From: Pseudomonadota bacterium
Lineage (GTDB): Bacteria > Pseudomonadota > Alphaproteobacteria > UBA11222
Length of the DNA stretch: 64,000 nucleotides
Direction: 5' to 3'
NCBI GenBank assembly: GCA_049325255.1
Contig: JBMOMW010000056.1
Span: 3,137-67,136 of the forward strand
Shown: one piece after another, positions 30,538-38,736 of the stretch
Numbering within the stretch: the stretch's first letter is position 1
Layout of the letters: every line of letters starts with the position of its first letter
Notes under the pieces: model-generated
What the model was told of the DNA's origin: nothing
The model's input: the letters and a program-made list of their open reading frames with translations, nothing else
Databases searched by the model: none
Translations under genes and position numbers: made by a program

Positions 30538-31338
30538 GTGCCGATTTTGCATCTTGTTGTGCTGGCCATTGTGCAGGGCATTACCGAGTTTTTTCCGATT
30601 TCATCTTCGGCGCATCTGATTTTAACGCCTAAGATAATGGGCTGGGTGGATCAGGGCCCGCTAATCGATCTGGCGGTCCATGTAGGTACGCTGCTGGCGG
30701 TGGTGCTGTATTTTCGCGCCGAGATGTGGCGCATGACGCTGGGGGGCCTCTCGCTGTTGCGCGGGCGCTACAACGAGGACGCCAAGCTGTTCCTGCTGAT
30801 CAGCCTAGCCAGCATTCCGGCCTTTGTGGCCGGCGCGCTGATTGTCAAGCTGGGCGGCAGCGAGGCGATGCGCAATGTCGAACTGATCGGTTGGACGACG
30901 CTGATCTTTGGCGTGCTGCTCTATCTGGCTGACCAGTATGGCAGGCATCTGCACCGGCTGGAACATGTCAATTATTTGAATGCGGCGCTTATCGGCCTGG
31001 CCCAGGCCATGGCGCTGGTGCCGGGCGTCAGCCGTTCCGGCAGCACCATGACGGCGGCGCGCTTCCTGGGTATGGAACGCGCCGAGGCCGCGCGCTTTTC
31101 GTTTTTGATGTCGATCCCGGTCACCATGGCGGCGGGCGGCATGGGGGCGCTGGAAATCATCCAGAGCGGCGAACTGGAACTTCAAACCAATGCGCTGATC
31201 TCCGGCACGGTGGCGTTTTTTACGGCCCTGTTCGCCATAACGGTCCTGATCCGCTGGCTGCAAGCCTCCAGCTTTACGCCCTTCGTCGTGTACCGCATGC
31301 TATTAGGCGCGGGCCTGCTGATCTGGACATATTTCTAG
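30538..31338 (+). CDS. uppP: undecaprenyl-diphosphate phosphatase
   Basis: Motifs QGITEFFPISSSAHL and PGVSRSGSTM. GTG start chosen at VPILHL. The ATG at 30478 is probably too far upstream. Confidence 0.85.
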   Translation: MPILHLVVLAIVQGITEFFPISSSAHLILTPKIMGWVDQGPLIDLAVHVGTLLAVVLYFRAEMWRMTLGGLSLLRGRYNEDAKLFLLISLASIPAFVAGALIVKLGGSEAMRNVELIGWTTLIFGVLLYLADQYGRHLHRLEHVNYLNAALIGLAQAMALVPGVSRSGSTMTAARFLGMERAEAARFSFLMSIPVTMAAGGMGALEIIQSGELELQTNALISGTVAFFTALFAITVLIRWLQASSFTPFVVYRMLLGAGLLIWTYF

Positions 31339-32288
31339 GCCGGTTTGCTGGCTTCGAACTGGCCGGTGCGGCGGTAGCGGTACAGATAGCTGGGCAGCAC
31401 CACTTCTGCGGATGTGGGCTGGGTAACGCCCAGATCCTTCAGCGTCAGCGCGCCTTCGGAGACGATATTATCCGTTTCCAGCAGGCGCACCTGATCCACT
31501 GTCAGCAGCGGATTGGGAAGGATTTGCAGCAGCGCCGCCTGAATGCGTGCGGCAAAAAACGGCAAAGGCAGCAATAGCCGCCGCCGCCCGGTCTGTTCCA
31601 GCACCATCTCCATGACCTGTTTCATGGTGTAAATGTGCGGCCCGCCAAGTTCGTAGGTCTTGCCATCGGTTGTGGTATCATCCAGCGCGCGCACAATGGC
31701 GTTGGCGACATCCGTGACATAGACGGGTTGAAACTTTGTATGGCCGCCGCCGATCAGCGGCAGGGCCGGAAGCAGGCGCGCCAAACCAGCGAAGCGGTTG
31801 AAAAAATCATCTTCCGGTCCAAACACCACGGATGGCCGGATAATCGTGGCGGCGGGGAAATGTTCGCGCACGGCTGCTTCGCCTGCCGCCTTGCTGCGCG
31901 CATAGCTTGAAGAGGACGCCGCATCCGCGCCGATGGCCGATACATGCACCAGCTTGCGCACGCCTGCGGCCGAAGCTGCGCGTGCGATGGCTCCGGCCCC
32001 TTCCGCCTGCACCCGTTTGAATTTCTGCGGCCCGCTTTCATGCAGAATGCCGACCAGATTGATCACCCTGTCGGCCCCGCGCATCGCCTGTTTGATCGAG
32101 CTTTCATAGCGGATATTGGCCTGTACCGGCTCGATCTGTCCGGCATCGCCCATGGGCTTGAGATAGCCCGCCAGATTTGGCTGGCGCACCGCCGCGCGCA
32201 CCCGCGCGCCGCGCTTGGCCAGTGCACGGATGACGTGGCGGCCAATAAAGCCGGAGCCGCCAAAAACGGTGATCAGTTCATTCGCCAT
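31335..32288 (-). CDS. complex I NDUFA9-like NAD(P)H-binding protein (atypical SDR)
   Basis: N-terminus (ITVFGGSGFIGRHVIRAL). 317 aa. Confidence 0.7.
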   Translation of the reverse strand: MANELITVFGGSGFIGRHVIRALAKRGARVRAAVRQPNLAGYLKPMGDAGQIEPVQANIRYESSIKQAMRGADRVINLVGILHESGPQKFKRVQAEGAGAIARAASAAGVRKLVHVSAIGADAASSSSYARSKAAGEAAVREHFPAATIIRPSVVFGPEDDFFNRFAGLARLLPALPLIGGGHTKFQPVYVTDVANAIVRALDDTTTDGKTYELGGPHIYTMKQVMEMVLEQTGRRRLLLPLPFFAARIQAALLQILPNPLLTVDQVRLLETDNIVSEGALTLKDLGVTQPTSAEVVLPSYLYRYRRTGQFEASKPA

Positions 32289-32408
32289 CGGGTCATCTCG
32301 CCTGTTGCATGCGGTTGAATCAGCCCTTTTAACCTAATCCACCAGTGCAGGTATAGCATTGAATAATGCACTATTTTCCACGAAGCGCACAAATAATCCC
32401 AAATAATC

Positions 32409-32438
32409 TTTGACATTCCGGCCCTGCATGGCTACCTC
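32409..32438 (+). promoter_or_regulatory. candidate sigma-70 promoter for tRNA-Leu
   Basis: TTGACA (32409-32414), an 18-nt spacer, then TACCTC. Lies about 25 nt upstream of the tRNA 5' end. Confidence 0.3.
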
Positions 32439-32461
32439 AACGCCTCTACTGCCCCTAATGT

Positions 32462-32549
32462 GCCCAGGTGGCGGAATTGGTAGACGCACTAGCTTCAGGT
32501 GCTAGCGCTCGCAAGGGCGTGGAAGTTCGAGTCTTCTCCTGGGCACCAC
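32462..32549 (+). tRNA. tRNA-Leu (anticodon CAG), class II, CCA encoded
   Basis: GCCCAGGTGGCGGAATTGGTAGACGC...CTTCAGGT anticodon loop...long variable arm...GTTCGAGTC...CCTGGGCACCA. Confidence 0.9.
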
Positions 32550-32674
32550 CCTACGCCCTGTGGGCTTCGGGTGGCAAAGCCACCCGGAACCGCATCTTGG
32601 GCGTGGGAGTGTCGCCCGAAGCTCAACTTTAGTGAGCGTAGGGGGACTGGTTCGGTTCAACTAAGGCGTCGCAC

Positions 32675-33286
32675 ATGAATGTTGATCTGCATATTGGCGA
32701 TCTGCCGGATAATATCTCTTTCGGGAATTGCGTCGCCATCGACACCGAAACCATGGGCTTGAACCCCCATCGCGATCGGCTGTGCCTGGTGCAGCTTTCG
32801 GCGGGCGACGGCACGGCGCATCTGGTGCGCTTTAATCTGGGCGATTATAACGCCCCCAATCTGGTGCGCCTGCTGGCCGACAAAAATGTGATCAAACTGT
32901 TTCATTTCGCCCGCTTTGATGTGGCCATGCTGAAACATTATCTGGGCGCGGACACCGCACCCATCTATTGCACCAAGATCGCCTCAAAGCTGGTGCGCAC
33001 CTATACCGACCGCCACGGCCTGCGCGATGTGGTCAAGGATCTGCTGGGCCACGAGGTTTCCAAACAGCAGCAAAGCTCGGACTGGGGCGACCCGAACCTG
33101 AACGAGGCGCAGTTGAAATATGCTGCATCCGATGTGCTGCACCTGCACGCGCTAAAAGCCAGACTGGACGACATGCTGGCCCGCGAAGGCCGCACCGCCA
33201 TGGCCAAGGCCTGCTTCGACTTCCTGCCGGTGCGCGCGGAACTTGATCTGCTCGGCTGGCCGGAAATGGATATTTTTTCACATTAA
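32675..33286 (+). CDS. 3'-5' exonuclease, small RNase D-like (DEDDy family)
   Basis: Exo I motif (AIDTETMGL), Exo II (LFHFARFD) and Exo III (YAASDVLHLH). 203 aa. Its last about 50 nt are duplicated after the R-M islet. Confidence 0.75.
   Translation: MNVDLHIGDLPDNISFGNCVAIDTETMGLNPHRDRLCLVQLSAGDGTAHLVRFNLGDYNAPNLVRLLADKNVIKLFHFARFDVAMLKHYLGADTAPIYCTKIASKLVRTYTDRHGLRDVVKDLLGHEVSKQQQSSDWGDPNLNEAQLKYAASDVLHLHALKARLDDMLAREGRTAMAKACFDFLPVRAELDLLGWPEMDIFSH
33230..33285 (+). repeat. direct repeat DR-L flanking the R-M islet (the 3' end of the exonuclease gene)
   Basis: GTGCGCGCGGAACTTGATCTGCTCGGCTGGCCGGAAATGGATATTTTTTCACATTA. Repeated at 35513-35566 with a 2-nt indel and one substitution. Confidence 0.85.
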
Positions 33287-33306
33287 CGGGATAGGGAAGC
33301 AGGTTT

Positions 33307-33702
33307 TCACTTGAGAAACCTGGATAGTGTATTCCGCAACACATTAGGCTCCCTGGTCTCGCATTCCCAAATCGTCAACACCTCCCAACCCGCCTCCGCC
33401 AGCGCCACGCGCGTTGCGCCATCCCGGGCCCTGTTGCGCGCAATCTTGGCTTGCCAGTAATCACGATTGGTTTTGGGTGTCCGCGCCCCCCGGCGGCAGT
33501 CATGACCATGCCAGAAACAGCCATGCACAAAGATGACCTTGCGCCGGGATGCGAAAACCAGATCGGGTTTCCCCGCAAGGTCTTTACGGTGCAGCCGGTA
33601 GCGGCAGCCCATGGCGAAGGCCATGCGGCGCACGGCCATCTCCGGTGCTGTGTCTTTGCTTTTCACCGCCTGCATCGTCCGGCGCCGCACGAGGTCAGTC
33701 AT
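33307..33702 (-). CDS. vsr: very short patch repair endonuclease
   Basis: Conserved FVHGCFWHGH motif and TIWECE. 131 aa. 4-nt overlap with the upstream endonuclease gene. Confidence 0.85.
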   Translation of the reverse strand: MTDLVRRRTMQAVKSKDTAPEMAVRRMAFAMGCRYRLHRKDLAGKPDLVFASRRKVIFVHGCFWHGHDCRRGARTPKTNRDYWQAKIARNRARDGATRVALAEAGWEVLTIWECETREPNVLRNTLSRFLK

Positions 33703-34268
33703 TCACCTTCTTCGTCTGAGCCGAGTCCAAGCATAACGGAGTGGTATTTCGACAAACGCGCAAAATGCGCATCCATAGCTGCGGCTATCTGGTTGGAATT
33801 TTTAACTACGAGAAAATGACCAACGATTTGTGCGTAGTGGTCCGCCTGACGCGGTAAACGAAGCTCTACGGTCTTTTTTTCAGCAATTTCATCGTCGCTC
33901 ATAACCTGCACTATTTTTGATGGTTCAGGAACGCGGGTTACTGAAACCGGTTGTAATGGAACTGTGCCATTCATCAAACGTGAATGAGGGTTGAAGTGAT
34001 GAAAAAGCATTGCTTCAAGCGGGTTCATTTCAGCCTTATCCATCACTGGATATTCCCAAACAAAAGCAATTTCCCAAACATCTATTTGTCGATTGGCAAT
34101 TACGTCTGAGCGCGCGGAAGTGAGATGACGTTGAACCCGCTGCCTGATTCCGTCACTTGACTGCCCAACATATACGGGGGTGTTGTCCAAATCGCAAAGC
34201 ACATATACGCCGATCTGCGATGTCAGCGTTCTTACCGCGTTCCTCCTAAAGGCAAAACCTTTAGCCAT
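33699..34268 (-). CDS. GIY-YIG nuclease, putative type II restriction endonuclease (Eco29kI-like family)
   Basis: GIY-YIG core (GVYVLCDLDNTPVYVGQS...IRQRVQRH). Sandwiched between the m5C methyltransferase gene and vsr in one operon. Confidence 0.6.
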   Translation of the reverse strand: MAKGFAFRRNAVRTLTSQIGVYVLCDLDNTPVYVGQSSDGIRQRVQRHLTSARSDVIANRQIDVWEIAFVWEYPVMDKAEMNPLEAMLFHHFNPHSRLMNGTVPLQPVSVTRVPEPSKIVQVMSDDEIAEKKTVELRLPRQADHYAQIVGHFLVVKNSNQIAAAMDAHFARLSKYHSVMLGLGSDEEGE

Positions 34269-34269
34269 G

Positions 34270-35418
34270 TCATGCGGCCCGCTGGTTGCCGTTAACCCGA
34301 TATGAGATTATGGGTTCAAATATACGCTCTGTCAGATACCGCACCACGGGAACAGCAACGCCGTCGCCGGTCAGATGATAGGCTTCGTTATAATTCGTGG
34401 GCAGTTTGTATGCCTCCGGCAGCCCCATAAGGCGGGCTGTTTCCCGGCTCGAAATAAGTCTCGATTTTACAGACTTTCCATCAACGACCATAATAAGTTG
34501 GCGGCTGGATCCACCTCCAGGTGTCCGCAAACAGCCCGCCATATTATCAAACCTGACTTCCGCACGCTGCACTTTGTGGCCTTTTTCATCAGGTCGCGTA
34601 CGCTTGTAAATTGTTCCTACAATACGGCCATTTGCCGCTTTAGCTTTCTCCACTTTCGCTATGTTCGCGGCACTCATCATAGCAAGTAACCGCCGTGTCT
34701 CATCTGCGCTATGCCAGTGTGCACCCACAGGCTGATCCTCAATTATATCCTCAAACCGGGTATTGCGTATTGGAGGTGTGGCCATAGCCCACCAAATCCA
34801 ATTTTTCTTGACGAGGGTCGCCAATTCTCCATAAGCCTTTCTAAGCGCATTCGTATGCCATAGGGGAGATGGGCTAAGGCTAATCAGATGGCGCGGCACG
34901 TCAAGATCGCCGCGAACCGCAATGATAAACAGCCGGGGGCGGGATTGGGGAACGAAAAGCGCCGCATCAATAATGACAGCGCCGCAACGATATCCGGCAT
35001 GCGCAAGTGCAGAACAAATGGCGGCGAAATCCTTGCCACCATGCGAGGTGAGCGTTCCACAAACATTCTCGATAGCGATGATTCGGGGCGCGCGGCCCTC
35101 ATTACCCAACACCTGTATCAGTTCCCAGAACGGCCAGAACATTCCCGACCGATCACCCTTCAGCCCTGCGCCGCCGCCAGCAAGCGACAAATCCTGGCAA
35201 GGAAACGACGCCCAGGCCAGATCGCTTTGGCCGGGCAATTCCTGCGCCTTCAGAGCGCGAACATCCGCCGTTTTCAGAATGCCGTCATCGCCCCAGTTCT
35301 GGCGATATATACGGCTTTTCTTATGGTCGAAATCATTGGCGAACAGGCAGTTCCACCCGGGCCCAAGTCCCATTCGCGCCATGCCGCCGCCAGCAAAAAA
35401 TTCATAAAATTTACCCAT
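34270..35418 (-). CDS. DNA (cytosine-5)-methyltransferase
   Basis: Motif I (FAGGGMARMG), motif IV (FPCQDLSLAG), motif VI (ENVCG) and a C-terminal LTGDGVAVPVV. Start chosen at MGKFYEFFAGGG. Confidence 0.85.
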   Translation of the reverse strand: MGKFYEFFAGGGMARMGLGPGWNCLFANDFDHKKSRIYRQNWGDDGILKTADVRALKAQELPGQSDLAWASFPCQDLSLAGGGAGLKGDRSGMFWPFWELIQVLGNEGRAPRIIAIENVCGTLTSHGGKDFAAICSALAHAGYRCGAVIIDAALFVPQSRPRLFIIAVRGDLDVPRHLISLSPSPLWHTNALRKAYGELATLVKKNWIWWAMATPPIRNTRFEDIIEDQPVGAHWHSADETRRLLAMMSAANIAKVEKAKAANGRIVGTIYKRTRPDEKGHKVQRAEVRFDNMAGCLRTPGGGSSRQLIMVVDGKSVKSRLISSRETARLMGLPEAYKLPTNYNEAYHLTGDGVAVPVVRYLTERIFEPIISYRVNGNQRAA

Positions 35419-35512
35419 GGCCGTGATTCTGACATGATGCCTGGTTATCGTCAACATTATGTTCTTTTATTGTTCTAAATTTGACTGGTTTTTATGGTGC
35501 GATACAGAGGGG

Positions 35513-35566
35513 GTGCGCGGAACTTGATCTGCTCGGCTGGCCGGAAATGGATATTTTTTCGCATTA
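35513..35566 (+). repeat. direct repeat DR-R flanking the R-M islet
   Basis: GTGCGCGGAACTTGATCTGCTCGGCTGGCCGGAAATGGATATTTTTTCGCATTA. Would encode the same C-terminal peptide (...ELDLLGWPEMDIFSH) as the exonuclease gene end. Confidence 0.85.
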
Positions 35567-35626
35567 GTGTATGATTCGGTTTGATCAGACTGCGAGTGCA
35601 GCTTTACCCGATATGGGAAACCGATC

Positions 35627-36640
35627 TTGAGTGTAGAAAAGACAGTGCCTGAACAACTCCCTGCGCCTGCCCATTCCCCGGAACTGGCGGCGGCGCGCCG
35701 GGTGCTGGAAACCGGGGCGCGGGCGTTAGTGTCCATGGCCGAAAGGCTGGATGGGGCATTTATTACGGCGCTGGATATACTGGGCGCGGTCAGGGGCCGG
35801 GTGATCGTTACGGGTATGGGCAAGAGCGGCCATATCGCCCGCAAGATCGCCGCCACATTCGCTTCCACTGGCACGCCTGCGCAATTCATTCATCCGGCCG
35901 AGGCCAGCCATGGCGATCTGGGCATGATCACCCGGGCTGACGCCTGCCTGATGCTGTCCAATTCCGGCGAGACGCCAGAGCTGGGTGACATCATCGCACA
36001 TACGCGGCGTTTCGCCATTCCGCTGATCGGGATAGCGCGCAATCCAGACAGTACGCTGCTGCGCGCGGCGGATGTGGCGCTGGTATTGCCGCCAGCGCCG
36101 GAAGCCTGTCCGATGGGATTGGCGCCGACGACTTCGACGACCGCCTCACTGGCGCTGGGCGATGCGCTGGCGGTGGCGCTGATGGAGCGCAAGGGGTTTT
36201 CCGCTGATGATTTCAGGCTGCTGCATCCGGGCGGGCAGATCGGTAAATCCCTGTTGCGCGTGGGGGACATTATGCATACGGGCGACGCCGTGCCGCTGGC
36301 GCATCTGGATATGCCGATGAGCGAAGTGCTGATGGTGATGACCCAGCAACGCTTTGGCTGCGCCGGAATTATTGCGGATGATGGCAATCTGGCGGGCATT
36401 ATCACTGATGGGGATTTGCGCCGTCAAACCATCACCGGGGATCTGCTGCAAAAAACTGCGGCGCAGGTCATGACCAAAACCCCCAAAACCATTCATCAGG
36501 GTGCGCTTGCCGCCGAGGCGCTGGGATTGATGGCGGATAAAATCACCTGTCTGTTTGTCACTGCGGAATCTGCAACCGTTCCGCAGCCGCCCATTGGCAT
36601 TGTGCATATTCATGACTGCTTGCGGGCGGGCGTTATTTGA
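35627..36640 (+). CDS. kpsF: KpsF/GutQ family arabinose-5-phosphate isomerase
   Basis: SIS domain (VIVTGMGKSGHIARK) and tandem C-terminal CBS domains. TTG start as in the track. Confidence 0.8.
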   Translation: MSVEKTVPEQLPAPAHSPELAAARRVLETGARALVSMAERLDGAFITALDILGAVRGRVIVTGMGKSGHIARKIAATFASTGTPAQFIHPAEASHGDLGMITRADACLMLSNSGETPELGDIIAHTRRFAIPLIGIARNPDSTLLRAADVALVLPPAPEACPMGLAPTTSTTASLALGDALAVALMERKGFSADDFRLLHPGGQIGKSLLRVGDIMHTGDAVPLAHLDMPMSEVLMVMTQQRFGCAGIIADDGNLAGIITDGDLRRQTITGDLLQKTAAQVMTKTPKTIHQGALAAEALGLMADKITCLFVTAESATVPQPPIGIVHIHDCLRAGVI

Positions 36641-37302
36641 TGGCGAACACGATTACCGGCGGCCCGCAGGACTGGCATCGCGCGCGCCCCCTGCCAGGCA
36701 GTGGCGAGGAGCCCCGCCGGCGTCTGATCATGCGGCTGGTGAAATTTGTGCTGCCTGCGGTTGCACTGATTTTTCTGGCGCTGATGGTCGCGTGGCCCCG
36801 GCTGTTCCGGGAAGAAAGCAAGTTCGAACTGACCACTTCCGAAATATCTGCAGTAAAAGACGATTTGCGCATGAGCAGCCCACGCTTTACCGGGATGAGC
36901 GCAGATAACCGTCCTTATAGGGTCACGGCCGATGCCGCCGTGCAGGATTTGAACGATCATGAACTGGTGCGGCTGGAGGCGTTGCAGGCCGATCTTTCCA
37001 TGACAGATGGATCCTGGCTTTCGGTCAACGCCAAAAACGGGCTGATGCATAATGGCCTGCAAACCCTGCAACTGGACGGACAGATCGAGGCTTATTCCGA
37101 TTTCGGTTATGCATTCTATACGCAAAGCGCACGGATCGATTTGAAGGCAGGTTCTTTATATTCGGATCAACCTGTCCGGCTACAGGGCCCATACGGCCAT
37201 CTGCGCGCCAAAACCATGCGCGCCACAGAACAGGGGCAGCGGTTGCATTTTGCAGGCGATGTCAAAGTCATTATCTTTCCACGATCCGGTGGGGCCGGAT
37301 GA
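36637..37302 (+). CDS. lptC: LPS export ABC transporter periplasmic protein
   Basis: Single N-terminal membrane anchor then OstA-like fold. Position between kpsF and lptA is the canonical cluster order. Confidence 0.7.
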   Translation: MMANTITGGPQDWHRARPLPGSGEEPRRRLIMRLVKFVLPAVALIFLALMVAWPRLFREESKFELTTSEISAVKDDLRMSSPRFTGMSADNRPYRVTADAAVQDLNDHELVRLEALQADLSMTDGSWLSVNAKNGLMHNGLQTLQLDGQIEAYSDFGYAFYTQSARIDLKAGSLYSDQPVRLQGPYGHLRAKTMRATEQGQRLHFAGDVKVIIFPRSGGAG

Positions 37303-37853
37303 TGGGAGCTTTCACCATGCGATTTTTTTATGTCCTGTGCGTGATGTGTGCGCTGCTGACGTCCGGCGCCGCGCCAGTTGATGCGCAGGAGGCCAAAAGT
37401 TCAGCCGGGCTGGATTTCAAGCATGATTCATCCCAGCCGATTGAAATTACCGCCGACACGCTGGATGTGGCGCAGGCGGATCAGACGGCAATTTTTTCTG
37501 GCAATGTCGTGGCGATACAGGGTGAATTGCGGCTAGGTTCTGATAATCTGCGGGTTTATTATCGGGGTGGTGACGCGCGCACGGCGGCGCAGGGTGCGAT
37601 TTCCAAGCTGGACGCCATCGGCGCCGTCGCGGTCAGTTCACCCCGTGAAACCGCAACCAGTGAATGGGCGGTCTATGATGTGGATACGGGCCAGATTACG
37701 CTGGGTGGAAATGTGGTGCTGACGCGGGGTGAAAATGTGTTGCGGGGTGAACAACTGGTGATTGATCTGGAAAGCGGGCAAAGCCGTATCGTGGGCAAAC
37801 AGGGTAATGGCGGGCGCGTCAAAGGCCTGTTCGTGCCGAACAAGAAGCCATAG
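37299..37853 (+). CDS. lptA: lipopolysaccharide transport periplasmic protein
   Basis: Signal peptide and OstA-like N-terminal domain (ITADTLDV...AIFSGNVV). 184 aa. Confidence 0.75.
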   Translation: MMGAFTMRFFYVLCVMCALLTSGAAPVDAQEAKSSAGLDFKHDSSQPIEITADTLDVAQADQTAIFSGNVVAIQGELRLGSDNLRVYYRGGDARTAAQGAISKLDAIGAVAVSSPRETATSEWAVYDVDTGQITLGGNVVLTRGENVLRGEQLVIDLESGQSRIVGKQGNGGRVKGLFVPNKKP

Positions 37854-37872
37854 TGAGATTAAGGGTGCAGCG

Positions 37873-38658
37873 ATGACACACGCCAATCAGGCAGAAAAAG
37901 AAAACCCGGCAGGCGGCCCGCGTCTGGTGCTGGAAAATTCGGGTCTGGTGGTTGACCGGATCGGCAAGGGTTTCAATAAACGCCCTGTGGTGCGCGGGGT
38001 CAGCCTGAACTTGCAGCGCGGCGAAGTGGTTGGTCTGCTGGGGCCCAACGGGGCGGGTAAAACCACCTGTTTTTATATGATTACCGGACTTATTCCTGTG
38101 GATTATGGGGTGATCACCCTGGATGGGCACGATATCACCCAACTGCCAATGTACCGCCGCGCGCGGCTTGGCATTGGCTATCTGCCGCAGGAAGCCTCGA
38201 TCTTTCGGGGCCTGACTGTCGAGATGAATATTCGCGCCGTGGTCGAAATGGTCGAATCCGACGTGTCCCGCCGCGAGGCGATTGTGGATGATCTGCTGGG
38301 GGAATTTTCCATCACCCATCTGCGCCGCACCCCGGCGCTGGCGCTTTCGGGTGGCGAGCGCCGCCGGGTGGAAATTGCCCGCGCATTGGCCACCCGTCCG
38401 GCCTTTATGCTGCTGGACGAACCCTTTGCGGGCATTGACCCTATTGCAATTGGGGATATTCGCGAGCTTGTCGGGCATATCAAGGCGCGCGGCATCGGGG
38501 TTCTGATTACCGATCATAATGTGCGTGAAACCCTGGACCTGATCGACCGGGCCTATATTATCCATGAAGGACAGGTACTTATGGAAGGCCGCCCGGATGA
38601 GATCGTCGGCAATGCAGATGTCCGGCGGGTTTATTTGGGCGATCGCTTCAGCCTTTAA
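37873..38658 (+). CDS. lptB: LPS export ABC transporter ATP-binding protein
   Basis: Walker A (GPNGAGKTT), ABC signature (LSGGERRRVEIARAL) and Walker B (LLLDEPFAG). Start chosen at MTHANQ. Confidence 0.9.
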   Translation: MTHANQAEKENPAGGPRLVLENSGLVVDRIGKGFNKRPVVRGVSLNLQRGEVVGLLGPNGAGKTTCFYMITGLIPVDYGVITLDGHDITQLPMYRRARLGIGYLPQEASIFRGLTVEMNIRAVVEMVESDVSRREAIVDDLLGEFSITHLRRTPALALSGGERRRVEIARALATRPAFMLLDEPFAGIDPIAIGDIRELVGHIKARGIGVLITDHNVRETLDLIDRAYIIHEGQVLMEGRPDEIVGNADVRRVYLGDRFSL

Positions 38659-38736
38659 CCTATTGAAACCATTACTGCCTATTCTTATGCTGGAAGCATA
38701 TGCAAGAATCGGTACAACAGGGCTGTATAGGTCACC

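Larger units (their letters stand above)
33287..35512. mobile_element. roughly 2.2-kb inserted islet carrying an m5C restriction-modification system (vsr, GIY-YIG endonuclease, cytosine-5 methyltransferase). No integrase or transposase.
   Basis: Bounded by about 55-bp direct repeats. Three tightly packed co-oriented genes. GC content is heterogeneous and lower than the flanks. Confidence 0.7.

Noticed and set aside
33033-33344. 103-aa ORF on the - strand and its sibling 35467..35889
   Set aside because: Both read through the islet-flanking direct repeats and share the repeat-derived peptide KKYPFPASRADQVPR. They are repeat translations, not genes.
33230-35566. Integrase, transposase or IS element associated with the R-M islet
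   Set aside because: No ORF with recombinase or transposase features and no terminal inverted repeats were found within or next to the islet. Only the direct repeats are present.
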